Shown: positions 37,836 through 50,973, counted from the first letter of the stretch. The stretch is 64,000 nt of DNA from Octopus vulgaris (GCA_951406725.2 OX597835.1:33914001-33978000); one strand, 5' to 3'. Numbers and translations: made by a program. The notes: a model not told the origin generated them from the letters alone.

Positions 37836-38041
37836 AATTAGGACTGAACACGAAAAGTGGACAGTCAACATGCTAGATATAGACGTCAAATCGTCATTCT
37901 CCACAAAAGATTATGTTCTCAGATCAAACTTGTTGAGTTTGATCTGAGAACATAATCTTTTGTGGAGAATGACGATTTGACGTCTATATCTAGCATGTTG
38001 ACTGTCCACTTTTCGTGTTCAGTCCTTAATTGGTATATATA
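37826..38041. repeat. Near-perfect fold-back palindrome, about 105-bp arms, 5-nt loop (37931-37935)
   Basis: ...AGATCAAACT tgttg AGTTTGATCT...; a single 1-nt indel between arms. Confidence 0.95.
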
Positions 38042-38118
38042 AATATTTTAATCTTCGGATTCTTTTTTAATATGCTAGACCACTGGTCTTAATTGATAAA
38101 TATCAATTTCTACCCTTA

Positions 38119-38201
<83 letters not shown>

Positions 38202-38327
38202 GCATACATACATATATATATATATATGCATACGTACATACATAAGCGATCAGTGTTTATGGGAACGACGTCATTAACATGCTCATTGTCATTATCATCA
38301 TCAATATCATCACCATCGTCGTCATCG

Positions 38328-38367
<40 letters not shown>

Positions 38368-38613
38368 TATCACCATCATCATCATCATCAATAACGCTAC
38401 TTCCAGCAATCAACAGCACGTTATGACATAGCGCAACGTTGATTTCTTCTGTTGTTGTTGTTGACAGGAGGTTGTGGGGGGGGGGCGACATAGATGTTTC
38501 CTTTATATTCTGACAATCGCTGGTGACTTATCACATTTTCTCTCCCCCTCTCACTCTCTCTCACACACAGACACACAAACACACACACACACACACACAC
38601 TTAAATTCTCTCT

Positions 38614-38654
<41 letters not shown>

Positions 38655-38731
38655 CCGACGTTTCATTTACCTATATCCACAAACACACTTCATCTCACGC
38701 ACTCACATATTATTCACACATTATATATATG

Positions 38732-38821
<90 letters not shown>

Positions 38822-39087
38822 AATATATATTTATCTATATACATGCATTTATATATACATACGCACATACACACATATATATTCTCATACATATACGCAT
38901 ATATATATATATACATGCATATACATATATATTACTATATGTACATATAAGTATATATGTATGCATGTATATATATACATACATACATATATGATTGATT
39001 GATTGATTGATTGATTGATTCTAGTTTCAGCTCACGAGCTGTGACCATGCTGGGCACCGCCATTTGGTGTTGCTACATGGTTTTACT

Positions 39088-42000
39088 TCACGAATGCTTT
39101 TTAGCAACTGCCATTTGGTGCATGAGAGAGTTCGATGCGGCTGCCCTCATCTGCACCTCCTGCCGTGAAGTTGGTTCATCTGGGATACCTGACAAGAAGA
39201 GATCCAGTTTCATTTTAAAGACATCTGCATCCACCCCATGCAGGTCTCTTAGGTTCTTCGAGAGGATATTGAAGAGCTGTGGGCCTCGGAAGCCCAGGCT
39301 ATCACAGTATCTTGTCCTACATCTTGATGGCAAATTTGGAGTCATTGGCACCACGCAGTTGCGCCCAGTTCTGGCATTTGTGTAACTGTCGATGCCAAAG
39401 TTTGGGACAAGTCCTTCCAGGATCTTCCAAATGTATATTATGGCCTATCTTTCTCGCTTACGCTCCAAGGAATAGAGTTTTAATCTCTTGAGTCTTTCCC
39501 AGTAGCTTATATTCTGCACAGAGGCTATCTTCTTCGTGTAGCTACGTTGGATCGCCTCAAGTTCTGTGATCAGCTTGACACTGGATGGTGACCATAGCTG
39601 AGAGCAATAGTCAAAGTGGCTTAGAACAAGTGTCCTCCAGAGGACCATCATGGTTTCTTGTTCTCTTGTTCTAAAGGTTCTAAGAATCCATCCGGCCAGT
39701 CGTCTACATTTCATTGCCAATTTAGCAACATGTACACGAAAGGTTGCGTCATCACTCATGTAAATACCCAGGTCACGCACTGATTGTGCCTCTGGAATTG
39801 CAATTCCTCCGGGTCCAGTGTATTCATTGGGTATTGCATTTAGTTTTGCTTGCTGATAGCATAAAGCTTGAAACTTTTCAGTATTGAACTGCATGCTATT
39901 CTTTTCAGCCCACTTGTATATTTTGTCCAACTCACATTGCAGGCGTTTAGTGTCCTCAGGGTTCAGTATTGCCTGTGAAACTTTTGTATCATCTGCATAA
40001 CTTGTGATCGTGGCTCTCTGCGTGGCTGAGGGCATGTCTGAGAGGGCCATTATGAACAGTAGTGGTCCCAAAACAGTGCCCTGCGGAACACCGCTCACTA
40101 TTTGCGTGTTAATGGAAGTGGCCCCATTGGCTACTACCACCTGACTTCTATCTTTCAGAAAGTCATGAAGCCATTCTCCCAGTTTTCCAACTATGCTAAC
40201 ATCACGCAGTTTGTGACATATCATTCCATGATCGACTTTATCAAAGGCCTTTGCAAAGTCGAGATATATCACTTCCACATTTGAGTGGTTGAGCAGTCGT
40301 TTCAGCACCCAGTCATAGTGTTGTAGGAGCTGAGTTAAGCAGCTTCTTCCTGGTCGGAAACCATGTTGGGTGTCAGGCAGCAAGTCATTTTCATCAAGGA
40401 AGGTGATCAGTTTCCTTCTGACTATTCGTTCCATGACCTTGCTGATGTGTGAGGTCAGAGAGATAGGTCTGTAGTTCTTGGCCTCCGCTCTGCTACCTCC
40501 TTTATGAATAGGGCATATTTTATCTTCCTTCAGTTTTCTTGGAAGTTTGCCAGCTGCAAGGAAGCTCTGAAAGAGGAACTGCAGTGGTCTTGCTAGGACT
40601 CTCTTACATACTTTTAGGAGGATTGCCGGGAATCCATCGGGGCCAGTAGCTGAGTCCGTTTTCATTTCATCTATAGCCTTTATTACATCGTCTTCCTTTA
40701 TATCGATGTAATCTATCGTCGCTGCCTCTGATTTTATATCTGCAGTGGTAAAAAAGTCAGTTGGATTGGTGATTTGGAAATGCCCAAGGGGTGGAGTGAA
40801 AACACTCTTGAATTGCTCATTCAGTATTTCACTTACCCTCATTGGTTTTCCTGTGAGTGTGCCATCCTTTTCAAGGAGTGGCCCTATCCTACAGTCCACC
40901 GTAGTTGTTTCTTTGGCATACCTGTAGAAAGCTCTGGGGTTAGATTTTATGTTGTCTATAGCCCAGGCTTCTTAGTCTGCTCTTTCCTTTTCATGGGAGA
41001 GTTGCAGACATTTTTCAATTTCCAACAGTTTTATTTTCAGGCGGGACTTTTCACTGCTTTCAATTTGTTTGTTTAGGCGATTTGAAATTTTTGTACGCCG
41101 TCTCATTAAAATCTTCCTCTCTCTGGGGATTTTGTTCTTGTGTACAGTGGCATTTCTCTCTGGGACACATTTGTAGCATATGACTTGCATTACAGACATG
41201 AATTGTTGAAGTTTCACGTCGATGTCTGGCGAGGAGAGACATTCAGGCCAGTTTTGTTTGAGGATCTCTTTCTCAATTTGTTTCCAGTTTGCCTTATGGA
41301 AGTTCAAGCTGGAAAGATTCTGAGGGTTTCTTGTAGGCTGCATGTCCATGCTTTCCTTTGGCCCGTACATGGTCAGCTCTACCATGTTGTGATCCGAGAG
41401 TAGTGTCGGTGTCACTTTCACATTATGGATGAGATCCATATTATTTGTGAAGCAGAGATCCAGTGTGTTACCTGCCCTGGTTGGTTGGAGTATTACTTGC
41501 TCCATGTACAGGGTGTTGATGAGGTTCAGGAGAGACCTCGCCTGTCCTCGTTCACATCTTGTCATTCCTGGGAGAGAAAGGTCCTCGAGCCATCTGACAT
41601 TGGGTAGATTGAAATCTCCCATAAGAAGTACACTTATGTGTGGTTCTAATGTGATTAGAACTTCTATTTTTATAAGGCAGTCTTCAAACTTGCCTACATG
41701 GCTTGGGGCATCTGGAGGGCGATATGTAGCACACACAACTACATCAAGTTGCCTTATATGTACAATTAGTGTGTCACACACCGAGTTTGAGTATGACAAA
41801 AGGACCTGAGGTGTGAGGTCCTCACGGATGTACATAGCAACTCCTCCATGACTCCTTTCTTTTCTGTCGGTCCGTAATACAACATACTGTGGTATGTGTA
41901 ATTCCGCATCTGCTATGTCCGGTTTCAGGTGCGTTTCCGTAAGTGCTATGCATAAGGCTTGATTGCATGCAACAAAGTCTCTCAGGAACGGGATTTTTGT

Positions 42001-42189
42001 CCTGTTACTGAGTGTTAGCAGTCCTCTGATGTTCAGTAGGAGCATCGAGGTGAGGTGTATGCTGTTGCCGGTGGTGTCCCCCTTGGGTCTATTTGCTGTG
42101 GTGGTCTTGTATATTGTGGGCAGTCCAATCTGCGAGCTTGGGTTTGATGAAGCCATGTTAGCTGCTGTACAATCTTTTGTGCCATGCAC
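39088..42189 (-). pseudogene. LINE ORF2 (APE endonuclease + reverse transcriptase) with two in-frame stops (40972, 39445)
   Basis: LNIRGL, ALTETHL, MGDFN, LDL, SDH; YRPISLTS, DFAKAFDKV, GVPQGTVLGP, YADD; the three ORF pieces share one frame. Confidence 0.95.
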
Positions 42190-42938
42190 AAAAAAGATTC
42201 TTGTTCAGCAGCTGCCCTTTCAACAACATCATGTTGGCGGTTTGTGGCACGCACCACATCTGCGTACCTCCGCTTTGGGGCAGGTGGTGCGTGGTCCATC
42301 CCTTTTCCTTTTGTTAGTTTGTTTCTGATCTGTTTCGTGTCTCTGCGGCAGGGTCCCCGATGTGCAAAACGGCAACCTGCACCTTCCTCTCCATGCCAGC
42401 AGGTACCTCTCAGGTAGAAACTACACACCCGTGTGCGCTGTTTGTTTCCATCCTTTTTGGTATATGGATAGTCAGTTTTACTTCTATTCTTGGCTGTTTC
42501 ATTTTTTGGTTTTGTTTGAGTTTTTCTTTTAGTTTTTCCTCCTTTTATTTCTTTTTTGTGTTTTTCATCTCCATGGCTTTTGGTGCTGGTAGGAGCACTT
42601 GCACTTGGGTTTACTTTCCGGGCAGGTTTCTCACTTGAAACTTCTTCCCGGGTGTCTACTAGGTGGGGGTGACTTCTTTCATCAGCACCCGTGTCTCCAT
42701 CCTTGCCATCTTTACTTTGTTCGTTCTCAAAGATGGCATCAAGCGTGCCAATGTGAGATCTTATAAGTGCGTAGGAGCGTATAAACTCCTGCTTCTTCCG
42801 CTCTATCTGAGCTATTGTCCTTTTATAACTACTGCTCTTCAGCGCAGCTGTAATTATATTGTTAGGATTATCTCCGTCGGCGCATTGCCAGGCTCGTACG
42901 AACAACGCCAATTCGTCACGTCTCCAGGTTCTGGACAT
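42033..42938 (-). CDS. LINE ORF1, 301 aa, with CCCH zinc finger
   Basis: Uninterrupted ORF upstream of and overlapping ORF2; CSFYLRGTCWHGEEGAGCRFAH. Confidence 0.8.
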   Translation of the reverse strand: MSRTWRRDELALFVRAWQCADGDNPNNIITAALKSSSYKRTIAQIERKKQEFIRSYALIRSHIGTLDAIFENEQSKDGKDGDTGADERSHPHLVDTREEVSSEKPARKVNPSASAPTSTKSHGDEKHKKEIKGGKTKRKTQTKPKNETAKNRSKTDYPYTKKDGNKQRTRVCSFYLRGTCWHGEEGAGCRFAHRGPCRRDTKQIRNKLTKGKGMDHAPPAPKRRYADVVRATNRQHDVVERAAAEQESFLCMAQKIVQQLTWLHQTQARRLDCPQYTRPPQQIDPRGTPPATAYTSPRCSY

Positions 42939-42944
42939 GTTGGA

Positions 42945-43500
42945 TATTTTATTTATTTATCTATCTAATTATGTTTAAAATTTAATAGTGTGATAGAGGG
43001 CAGAGAAGAAGTAAAGAAAGAAAGTGACTGTGTATTTAGAGAGATTGAGAGCTGAGAGAAGATAAGAAGATATTTTATTTATTTATCTATCTAATTATAT
43101 CTATCTAATTATATTTATTTATCTATCTAATTATATCTATCTATTATATCTAATTTATCTATCTAATTATATTTAAAATTTAATAGTGTGATAGAGGGTA
43201 GAGAAGAAAAGAGAAGGAAAGTGACTGTGTATTTAGAGAGATTGAGAGCTGAGAGAAGATAAGAAGATATTTTATTTATTTATCTATCTAATTATATCTA
43301 TCTATTATATCTAATTTATCTATCTAATTATATTTATTTATCTATCTAATTATATTTAAAATTTAATAGTGTGATAGTGGGTAGAGAAGAAGTAGAGAAA
43401 GAAAGTGACTGTGTATTTAGAGAGATTGAGAGCTGAGAGAAGATAGTGAAGAGAGGAAAGTTCGCGACTATATATTTAGAAAAATTGAGAGGCTGAGAGA
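42945..43500. repeat. Tandem repeats (3 units, 125-200 bp) in the LINE 5' region
   Basis: TTTAAAATTTAATAGTGTGATAG...GTGACTGTGTATTTAGAGAGATTGAGAGCTGAGAGAAGATA occurs three times. Confidence 0.85.
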
Positions 43501-44415
43501 GGAAAGATTGTGTGACAGAGAGAAGTGGAGAAGTGAAGAGACTGGGAAAAATTGAACGGCTGAAAGAAGAGAGATGGTGTGATAGAGAGAAGTAAAGAGA
43601 CAGAGGGAGAAAGAAAAGAAAGTGAGGAGGTTATGAAGCTGAAATAAAAATGAAAGATTAAGAAAATGAAAGATTATTAACAGGAAAGCTGAAATAGAAA
43701 ATGATAGATTCTGAATCAGAGACGGAAAGATTATTAAAGTTCACGTCTATGTATATATACGTATATATACACGTGCACACACATACACATACATACATAC
43801 ACACACATACAGAGAGAGAGAGAGGAGGTAGAAGAAAGTGAGGAAAATATATTAAAATATATTAAAATGGGGAAAAGAAGGAGTTATTTAATTCTAAAAC
43901 TAATTACGAGAAGATAAACGTATGAGAGCGAAACAGAAATTGAAAGAGAGTTATTCTCAGAATGTAAACAAAGATGGCTTCGTAAATTTTAACGGAGATG
44001 CTAGCTTAAGTTAAAGGGAAATAAAATAATAAATAAAATATGAAATAGAATATGAAAACAATACTTATCATGAACGGTGCAGTCCAAGACCTAGGTGCTT
44101 TACGGAATTACTTTTCCTTTACAGGGAAAAATGCTTCTTTTTCTTTCTTACAGGAGATAAATTAATTTAATGAGTTGCCACCATGTGCGTTTTCGGCGAA
44201 AAAACCTACTGTATTACATTTGGCTTCAGGCAAAATATATTATGTTTTTGATCAATATATTTTTAATAAATGTATTTTAGTAGACTTTATGAGTTAACAA
44301 AGTTCTACGTTTTGTTACTTTATGTTACTTTCAGTAGATTATTTCGCCGATTTATGCAACCTTTCTGTTTTTTCACAGAGCAAAAGCAAACACATCCTTC
44401 CTCTGCGAGAACCGG

Positions 44416-44460
<45 letters not shown>

Positions 44461-44483
44461 AATATATGTGTATGTGTATAATG

Positions 44484-44524
<41 letters not shown>

Positions 44525-44525
44525 A

Positions 44526-44577
<52 letters not shown>

Positions 44578-45338
44578 GCATAAACATACATACACGTTAT
44601 TTCCTTTTCTCTTTAGCGTTAAACTAATATATTTATTAAAACTTTATCCCACCTAGGCTGTCTTCTTTGATTTTGTGTTCATTGCTTTCAGTATGTCTGT
44701 GTGTATTGTGTGCGTGTGTATGTGAGCTTGTGTATGTATGTACATATTATGTATGTAGCCGCATGCCTACACATATGCACATGCATAAACATACTTTTAC
44801 ACATACATACAGACACAGACGCACATGCGCACATGTGCAAACGCGCACATGAGCACGCACGTACGCATATGCATCCACATACAAGCACCCACATATATAT
44901 ACACTGCACGCACGTACACACACACACATACACAAACAACACGTACATATACATACACATGCTCACATACACACACACGCACACACACATACCCACATGC
45001 ACTGACATGCGCGCCTACGCACGTGCAGTGATAACTTTCTTTCATAATAAAGTCTTGTGATTCAATTGAATGGCAAAACCCAGGAACAAAACGAAACGAA
45101 AATCCCTAAAAATAAATGAATAAAAAAATACATAAACAAAATATACTTTTAATAAAAAAAAATATCCCTTCCTCCCAACCTCCCTTCCCCACCTCCCTTT
45201 CTCTCTCCCTCTCTCTCTCTCTTTCTCTCACTCACTCATTTTTCCATATCTAAAACTACGGCATAACATTTCCAAGGCTTACAAATTCTTCAAAGGGCAT
45301 GTTTATACATATATATGTATATGTTTACACATACATAT

Positions 45339-45453
<115 letters not shown>

Positions 45454-45537
45454 TTAGAGATAAAACCACTATTAGGCAACTATATATATATATAGTGATA
45501 AAGAGCATGGAGATTTATACATCCACAAAATCTACCA

Positions 45538-45570
<33 letters not shown>

Positions 45571-46117
45571 TTATATATGCATATATATATATATATATAC
45601 CTTATTTGTTTTTCCATATATCTTGCAAAATAGCATTTTTATCGGGTTTCATTATGTTCATTTCTCCACAAGGACCACGTTTACCACGGAACTGAATAGA
45701 CCAGTACTGCACTTGTTGTATTTGTTGAAAGCCGTCGGCTCTAAAGGGACTTGTTTTACGATTTCACACGCTCTTTCATTTTTCTGTTTCGCATTTGCAT
45801 TTCACAGGTTGCTCGGATTAGATGTTTGTCACGAAGATTAGAGTTTTAACATTGGTTTATTTTCCTTTTCGCAACTCGTTTTGTTTCTACTCTCGTTCAC
45901 ATTAATATGATTCACATAATCACCTCCAGCGAATGTTTAATTGATTAGATTTATTGATTTTATCGAATAATCAATTTAGTCAATAATTTTCCACTCGCTG
46001 CGGAATCATTATATTGCGTGCGCTAAAAGAGAATTCAATATACATACGGAATTAAGCCCCCAGAATTAGCCTAGCGGATCATAAAAGTCCTAATATATAT
46101 CTTGATTAAGGGTAAAA

Positions 46118-46763
46118 GGATCTTTTCGGTTTCAACGGCAGTTTTTAACATAATTTCTAGGTAACTAAACACTTTTAAACTTCGTATACTGGTAGAATGT
46201 GTTTATAAAACATCTTTTTCTCTTGGCTTTATTGAGAAAACTCTATAGTTTGTAAGATATTTGTTGTTTTTTTTCTTCAATTTCTGCAATTTAAACCAAT
46301 CACTGACGTCCATTGAGGTAAAAAGCATTCTGGGATCTTTTCGGTTTGAACGGCAGTTTTTAACATAATTTCTGGGTAACTAAAAAATTTTAAACTTCGT
46401 ATACTGGTAGAATGTGTTTATAAAACATCATTTTCTCGTGGCTTTATTGAGAAAATTCTATAGTTTGTAACATATTTCGTCTTTAATTTCTTGCATTTCG
46501 GCAATTTTAACCAATTACTGACGTCCATTTAGGTAAAAAAAAAGACATTCTGTGCCGTATGAATATGTCCCTCGTTTAAGAAACAGATTGGGTTTATTTA
46601 CATCTGTGAAGAAAAAAAGATACCCTTTCCCCACCCCTAACCCTAACAAACCCTAACCCTAAAAGAGATTGAAATGCATTAGATCGATACTAGGGTCATA
46701 ATTATGGGTGACAATTTCATATGACACCGCTAGAAAAAACTGCCGTTCAAACCGAAAAGATCC
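46118..46763 (+). mobile_element. Merlin-like MITE copy 3, composite (5' half plus a full copy starting at 46333)
   Basis: Two 5' TIRs, one 3' TIR; perfect outer TSD GGGTAAAA. Confidence 0.9.
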
Positions 46764-46884
46764 GGGTAAAACAGTAAAGCAGAAATGTATTTTTGTCTCT
46801 GTACTTCACATACATGCGTGTGCATGAATGAGGGTGTTTATTCTCAGACATATACACAGCCTATACGCACATACTTACATACAT

Positions 46885-47149
46885 CACGTGATCACGTGAC
46901 CGAACAGATTGTCAGATGTTGTTGCACATCGCTGGTCACAATGCGTTTCGCATCGTTTTAGCCTTCAAATAACGCCACGCCCCCGCTGACTAGGCGAGCA
47001 GGCCAACATTTCGCTATGATCTAAGGGGAAACAGGGGCAACATGAAATGAAGTATTTTGTTCAAGAATACATCGCGCCGCCCAGTCTAGGAATCGAAACG
47101 ATCTAGCGTTCGAGTGTGCAACAGCGTATCCACTAGGCCACGCGCCTTC
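46885..47149 (-). mobile_element. SINE family C-related
   Basis: Minus strand GAAGGCGCGTGGCCTAGTGG head; tail shared with 9384-9612 (CGCATTGTGACCAGCGATG). Confidence 0.75.
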
Positions 47150-47189
47150 ACATACATACATACATAAGCAGAAACGAAAACACTCACAT

Positions 47190-47383
47190 TGAACTATTGA
47201 GAAATCTACAGTTGCTCCTGTTTGTACCTGAAATTATTGGGGCACTGGGATATGTAACACGCTACCTGTGTACCAATCTTAAGAAATTAGGCTTCTCAAA
47301 ATCAGGAAGGAGAAAGCTGATTCGAACATCACGGATACAAGCCATCAGTGGAACAGTAAAAGTTTGTAAAACTTTCCAGAATT

Positions 47384-47434
<51 letters not shown>

Positions 47435-47480
47435 CATGTCTAAACATGCAACTATATACATGAGAATATATACATAAAAC
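47190..47480 (+). mobile_element. RLE-type (R4/Dong-like) non-LTR retrotransposon 3' end
   Basis: IIGALGYVT...KLGFSK...GTVKVCKTF; homologous pieces at 52910-53117 and 53420-54035. Confidence 0.65.
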
Positions 47481-47560
47481 AAGTCATACAAATTTGTATA
47501 TGTACCGACTCCAAATAGTGCACATAATATATACGTACTCGTACATGAAGAAAAATCCTA

Positions 47561-48028
47561 GGCGGCAAGCTGGCAGAAACGTTAGCACGCCGGGCGAAAT
47601 GCTTAGCGGTATTTCGTCTGCTGCTACGTTCTGAGTTCAAATTCCGCCGAGGTCGACTTCGCCTTTCATCCTTTCGGGGTCGAATAAATACGTACCAGTT
47701 ACGCACTGGGGTCGATATAATCGACTTAATCCGTTTGTCTGTTCTTGTTTGTCCTTTCTGTGTTTAGCCCCTTGTGGGTAGTAAAGAAATAGGTATTTCG
47801 CCTGCCGTTACGTTCTGAGTTCAAATTCTGCCGAGGTGGACTTTGCCTTTCATCCTTTCGGGGTCGAATAAATACGTACCAGTTACGCATTGGGGTCGAT
47901 GTAATCGACTTAATCCGTTTGTCTGTCCTCGTTTGTCCTCTCTGTTTTTAGCCCCTTGTGGGTAGTAAAGAAAAGGGTAGTTCGTCTGCCGATACATTCT
48001 GAGTTCAAATTCCGCCGAGGTCGACTTA
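47561..48028 (+). mobile_element. SINE family B multimer (about 2.3 units)
   Basis: Junctions at about 47791 and 47975 into GGTA.TTCG. Confidence 0.9.
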
Positions 48029-48204
48029 GCACGCAACTGGAGGCCCTCACCCACGATTCAAATGTTGAGCCTCGTTATCAAGGATGTTCTTTTCTGTCGA
48101 AACAATATTCTAAACATAGCTAAGATTGCATTGGAGAAATTAACGCTTCCCTTCGAGGCCAGAAGATACGTACTTCAGTTCCCAACAAATATCGATTTCA
48201 AATT

Positions 48205-48335
48205 TTGGCACTAGGCCAGATATTTCGGGGAGTGGGGAGAGGTAAGTTGATTACATCAACCCCAGTACTCGACTGGTACTTATTTTATCGACCCTCAAAA
48301 GGATGAAAGGCAAAGTCAACTTCGACGGAATATTC
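48205..48335 (-). mobile_element. SINE family B, partial
   Basis: Family B core. Confidence 0.7.
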
Positions 48336-48855
48336 TCAACAGTTATTGACAACCTACAAAGATGTGGTGCTTTCAAATCTGGGACGATGATAGTGCTGCT
48401 GCTGCCGCTGCTGCTGCACACACAGGGGTCCTGGACCACATCCAGAAAAGGCTACTGACTTAAAGTTGATTTTATAGCAATAACCTTTCTTGGATGCAGT
48501 ATGTATGGTGGGGTTGTGTTTGTGTGTGCGTGTGTGTGTGTGTGTGTGTGCGCGCGCGCGTTGGACACTTTTAATTAGTCTAGGGAAATTAGGTGTAGAT
48601 CATTAGTTAGTATAAAAAAGGATTGGTCTTTTGGAATTATATCATCCTAGTCTTCGATAATGTGTTTTGTCTCTGTCTCACACGCATACGCACACATTTT
48701 TCATCAATAGAATCAATTATCATTCACACCAAACAATAATTAAACGATTAAATATTAAAGGCCAACTCCATCCCCCAACAGTATGAAAACTGTAACAGGA
48801 AAATGAAGCCCAGCATGCAGTTCACTTCACTCCCCACGACCATTCTATCCTAACA

Positions 48856-49021
48856 TGGTGTTGGTGTTTCTTTTTCTTCTTTGGACCTTTCCGTTTTCTT
48901 TTCCGACGAAGAGCTATGCTCGAAACGTCAAATTTTTTTCCCGAGCTCCAAACTAATACATTCCATGTGCACGTCCTGTGGTTTGTTATTATTATTTTTA
49001 ATGTTCATTTATTTGGTTTGA

Positions 49022-49074
<53 letters not shown>

Positions 49075-49305
49075 AACATAATAAATGGGTAATAATAAAT
49101 TATTATTACCAGTGGCTTAGCACAAAAATCGAATTAGCCATTAGACTATATATTATTCATATAGAAACACAATAAGAGGCTTCCAAATAGGAAAGCGTTG
49201 TGCTAGAAAGAACAGTAGAAATCTCAAAAACCACAAAAAGGATAAATTCTCGAAAGGAATGAAAATTAAAACCGTTTACCATCTCAACTATTTCTCAGAC
49301 CATCA

Positions 49306-49370
<65 letters not shown>

Positions 49371-49532
49371 ACCAAATAAATGAACATTAAAAATAATAAT
49401 AACAAACCACAGGACGTGCACATGGAATGTATTAGTTTGCAGCTCGGGAAAAAAATTTGACGTTTCGAGCATAGCTCTTCGTCGGAAAAGAAAACGGAAA
49501 GGTCCAAAGAAGAAAAAGAAACACCAACACCA
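48856..49532. repeat. Inverted repeat with 167-bp arms (48856-49022, 49366-49532), each with a minimal hammerhead
   Basis: One mismatch between arms; HHR TTT-CCGACGA-A-GAGC TAT GCTC-GAAACGTC^AAA at 48900-48932 (+) and 49456-49488 (-). Confidence 0.9.
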
Positions 49533-49691
49533 GTTCTGACCATATGTGCCTGTATATATATATATATGTAAACAAGAGAGACAGAGAAAGGCAGAAACAA
49601 GGAAAATGCCACTTATATTTGAACACTATACAAATATTCTTTTAAAAAAACTTTTCTTTTAATTTTTCTAAATTTAATTATTTAATCGTTA

Positions 49692-49729
49692 CAGTTGAAA
49701 AGGTCTCAAAATGACTGAAACCGGTATTG
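49692..49729 (+). ncRNA. Decayed type I hammerhead
   Basis: CAG-TTGAAAA-GGTC..GACT-GAAACCGGTA^TTG; stems retained, core mutated. Confidence 0.45.
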
Positions 49730-49781
49730 AAATGCTCTTTATAAAATTATTTTAGCATTTTCTATCTTGACTTGTTTTTTC

Positions 49782-49836
<55 letters not shown>

Positions 49837-49885
49837 TACATAGCCACTACACACATTTTTTTCTCTCCTTGTTTTTTCTGTGTCC

Positions 49886-49921
49886 CTTTCTGTAGAAGAG
49901 CGTAGGCTCGAAACGTAAAAG
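49886..49921 (+). ncRNA. Minimal type I hammerhead with CUGUAGA core variant; family copies at 49842-50011 (+), 56672-56850 (-) and 32125-32232 (-)
   Basis: CTTT-CTGTAGA-A-GAGC GTAG GCTC-GAAACGTA^AAAG. Confidence 0.65.
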
Positions 49922-50008
49922 ACTTTTTTTATTCCTGAGCGTTATACTAATACATCTGTTTGTTTTGTACACCACCTGTCTTCGTCTTTGGTTTTTTTCG
50001 TAAACTCT

Positions 50009-50058
<50 letters not shown>

Positions 50059-50913
50059 TGTGTGTGTGTGTGTATCCGTAAAGTCACGGTGTGATTTCAG
50101 ATTTATTTACTAATGTAGCTTGCAAATTAATTCATAGTTATTGAAGACGAAATAAATAAGAATTAAAATACAGCATATGTTCAATGTATTTGATTCGACA
50201 TTACAATTCACAATCCTGTTAAACATAAAAAGTTAAAGATGGCGAGAGATAAGCACTCTGAGCAGAGACATAGGTTAGTTTCGTCTGTACGGTTAAGTGG
50301 CTCTAACCTGAGATAAAATTCGACAGTTTTTTATAATGGTAAGCCAAATGTTGCTGAAACCTCGATCAAGCTGAGAAATTTTGCACACTTCCTTTGATGT
50401 TTGCTGCATCAACTGTGACAAGTCAGCCAGTGTTGATTGGTCGAGCCAAACAAGTCAGCTAGTGTTGATTGGTCGAGCCATAGTCACATAGGCGTTAATT
50501 TCTTTTATAGTGACACGTTACCTGTTATGGCTGTACGGTAGGTCGTGGTCCGAAATGGGGAAGTTTGAGTATGGTTCGGAAATTGAACAGAAGTAAGCCT
50601 CGGTACAAAATATTCAGGCTATTATTGAAGTCATAGATTTTCCAAACACTAACTGATATTCTGTATTTCTCTTCCAATTCTTGATCAATTTACTCTATTA
50701 TAATGATATGGGTTGTACATTCAGGCATTTTGTGATATTAGATTTGAATGATTGTAAATACTAGATTATATTAAGAAAAATACTAGGAACAGATCAGATA
50801 AGAATTAAAGAATTAATGCAACTGAGAATTTTCAGCTGCCGACCTAACTGACAACAAATATCCAGTTTTGCATAATATTCTAATTTTCTGTCTTCATACT
50901 GTGTGCATGCATA

Positions 50914-50973
<60 letters not shown>

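Larger units (their letters stand above)
38992..43740 (-). mobile_element. Near full-length CR1-group LINE with (AATC)n tail; 5' boundary approximate
   Basis: ORF1 + APE-RT ORF2, short 3' UTR stem-loop, (AATC)n at 38992-39020, tandem repeats upstream of ORF1. Confidence 0.9.
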
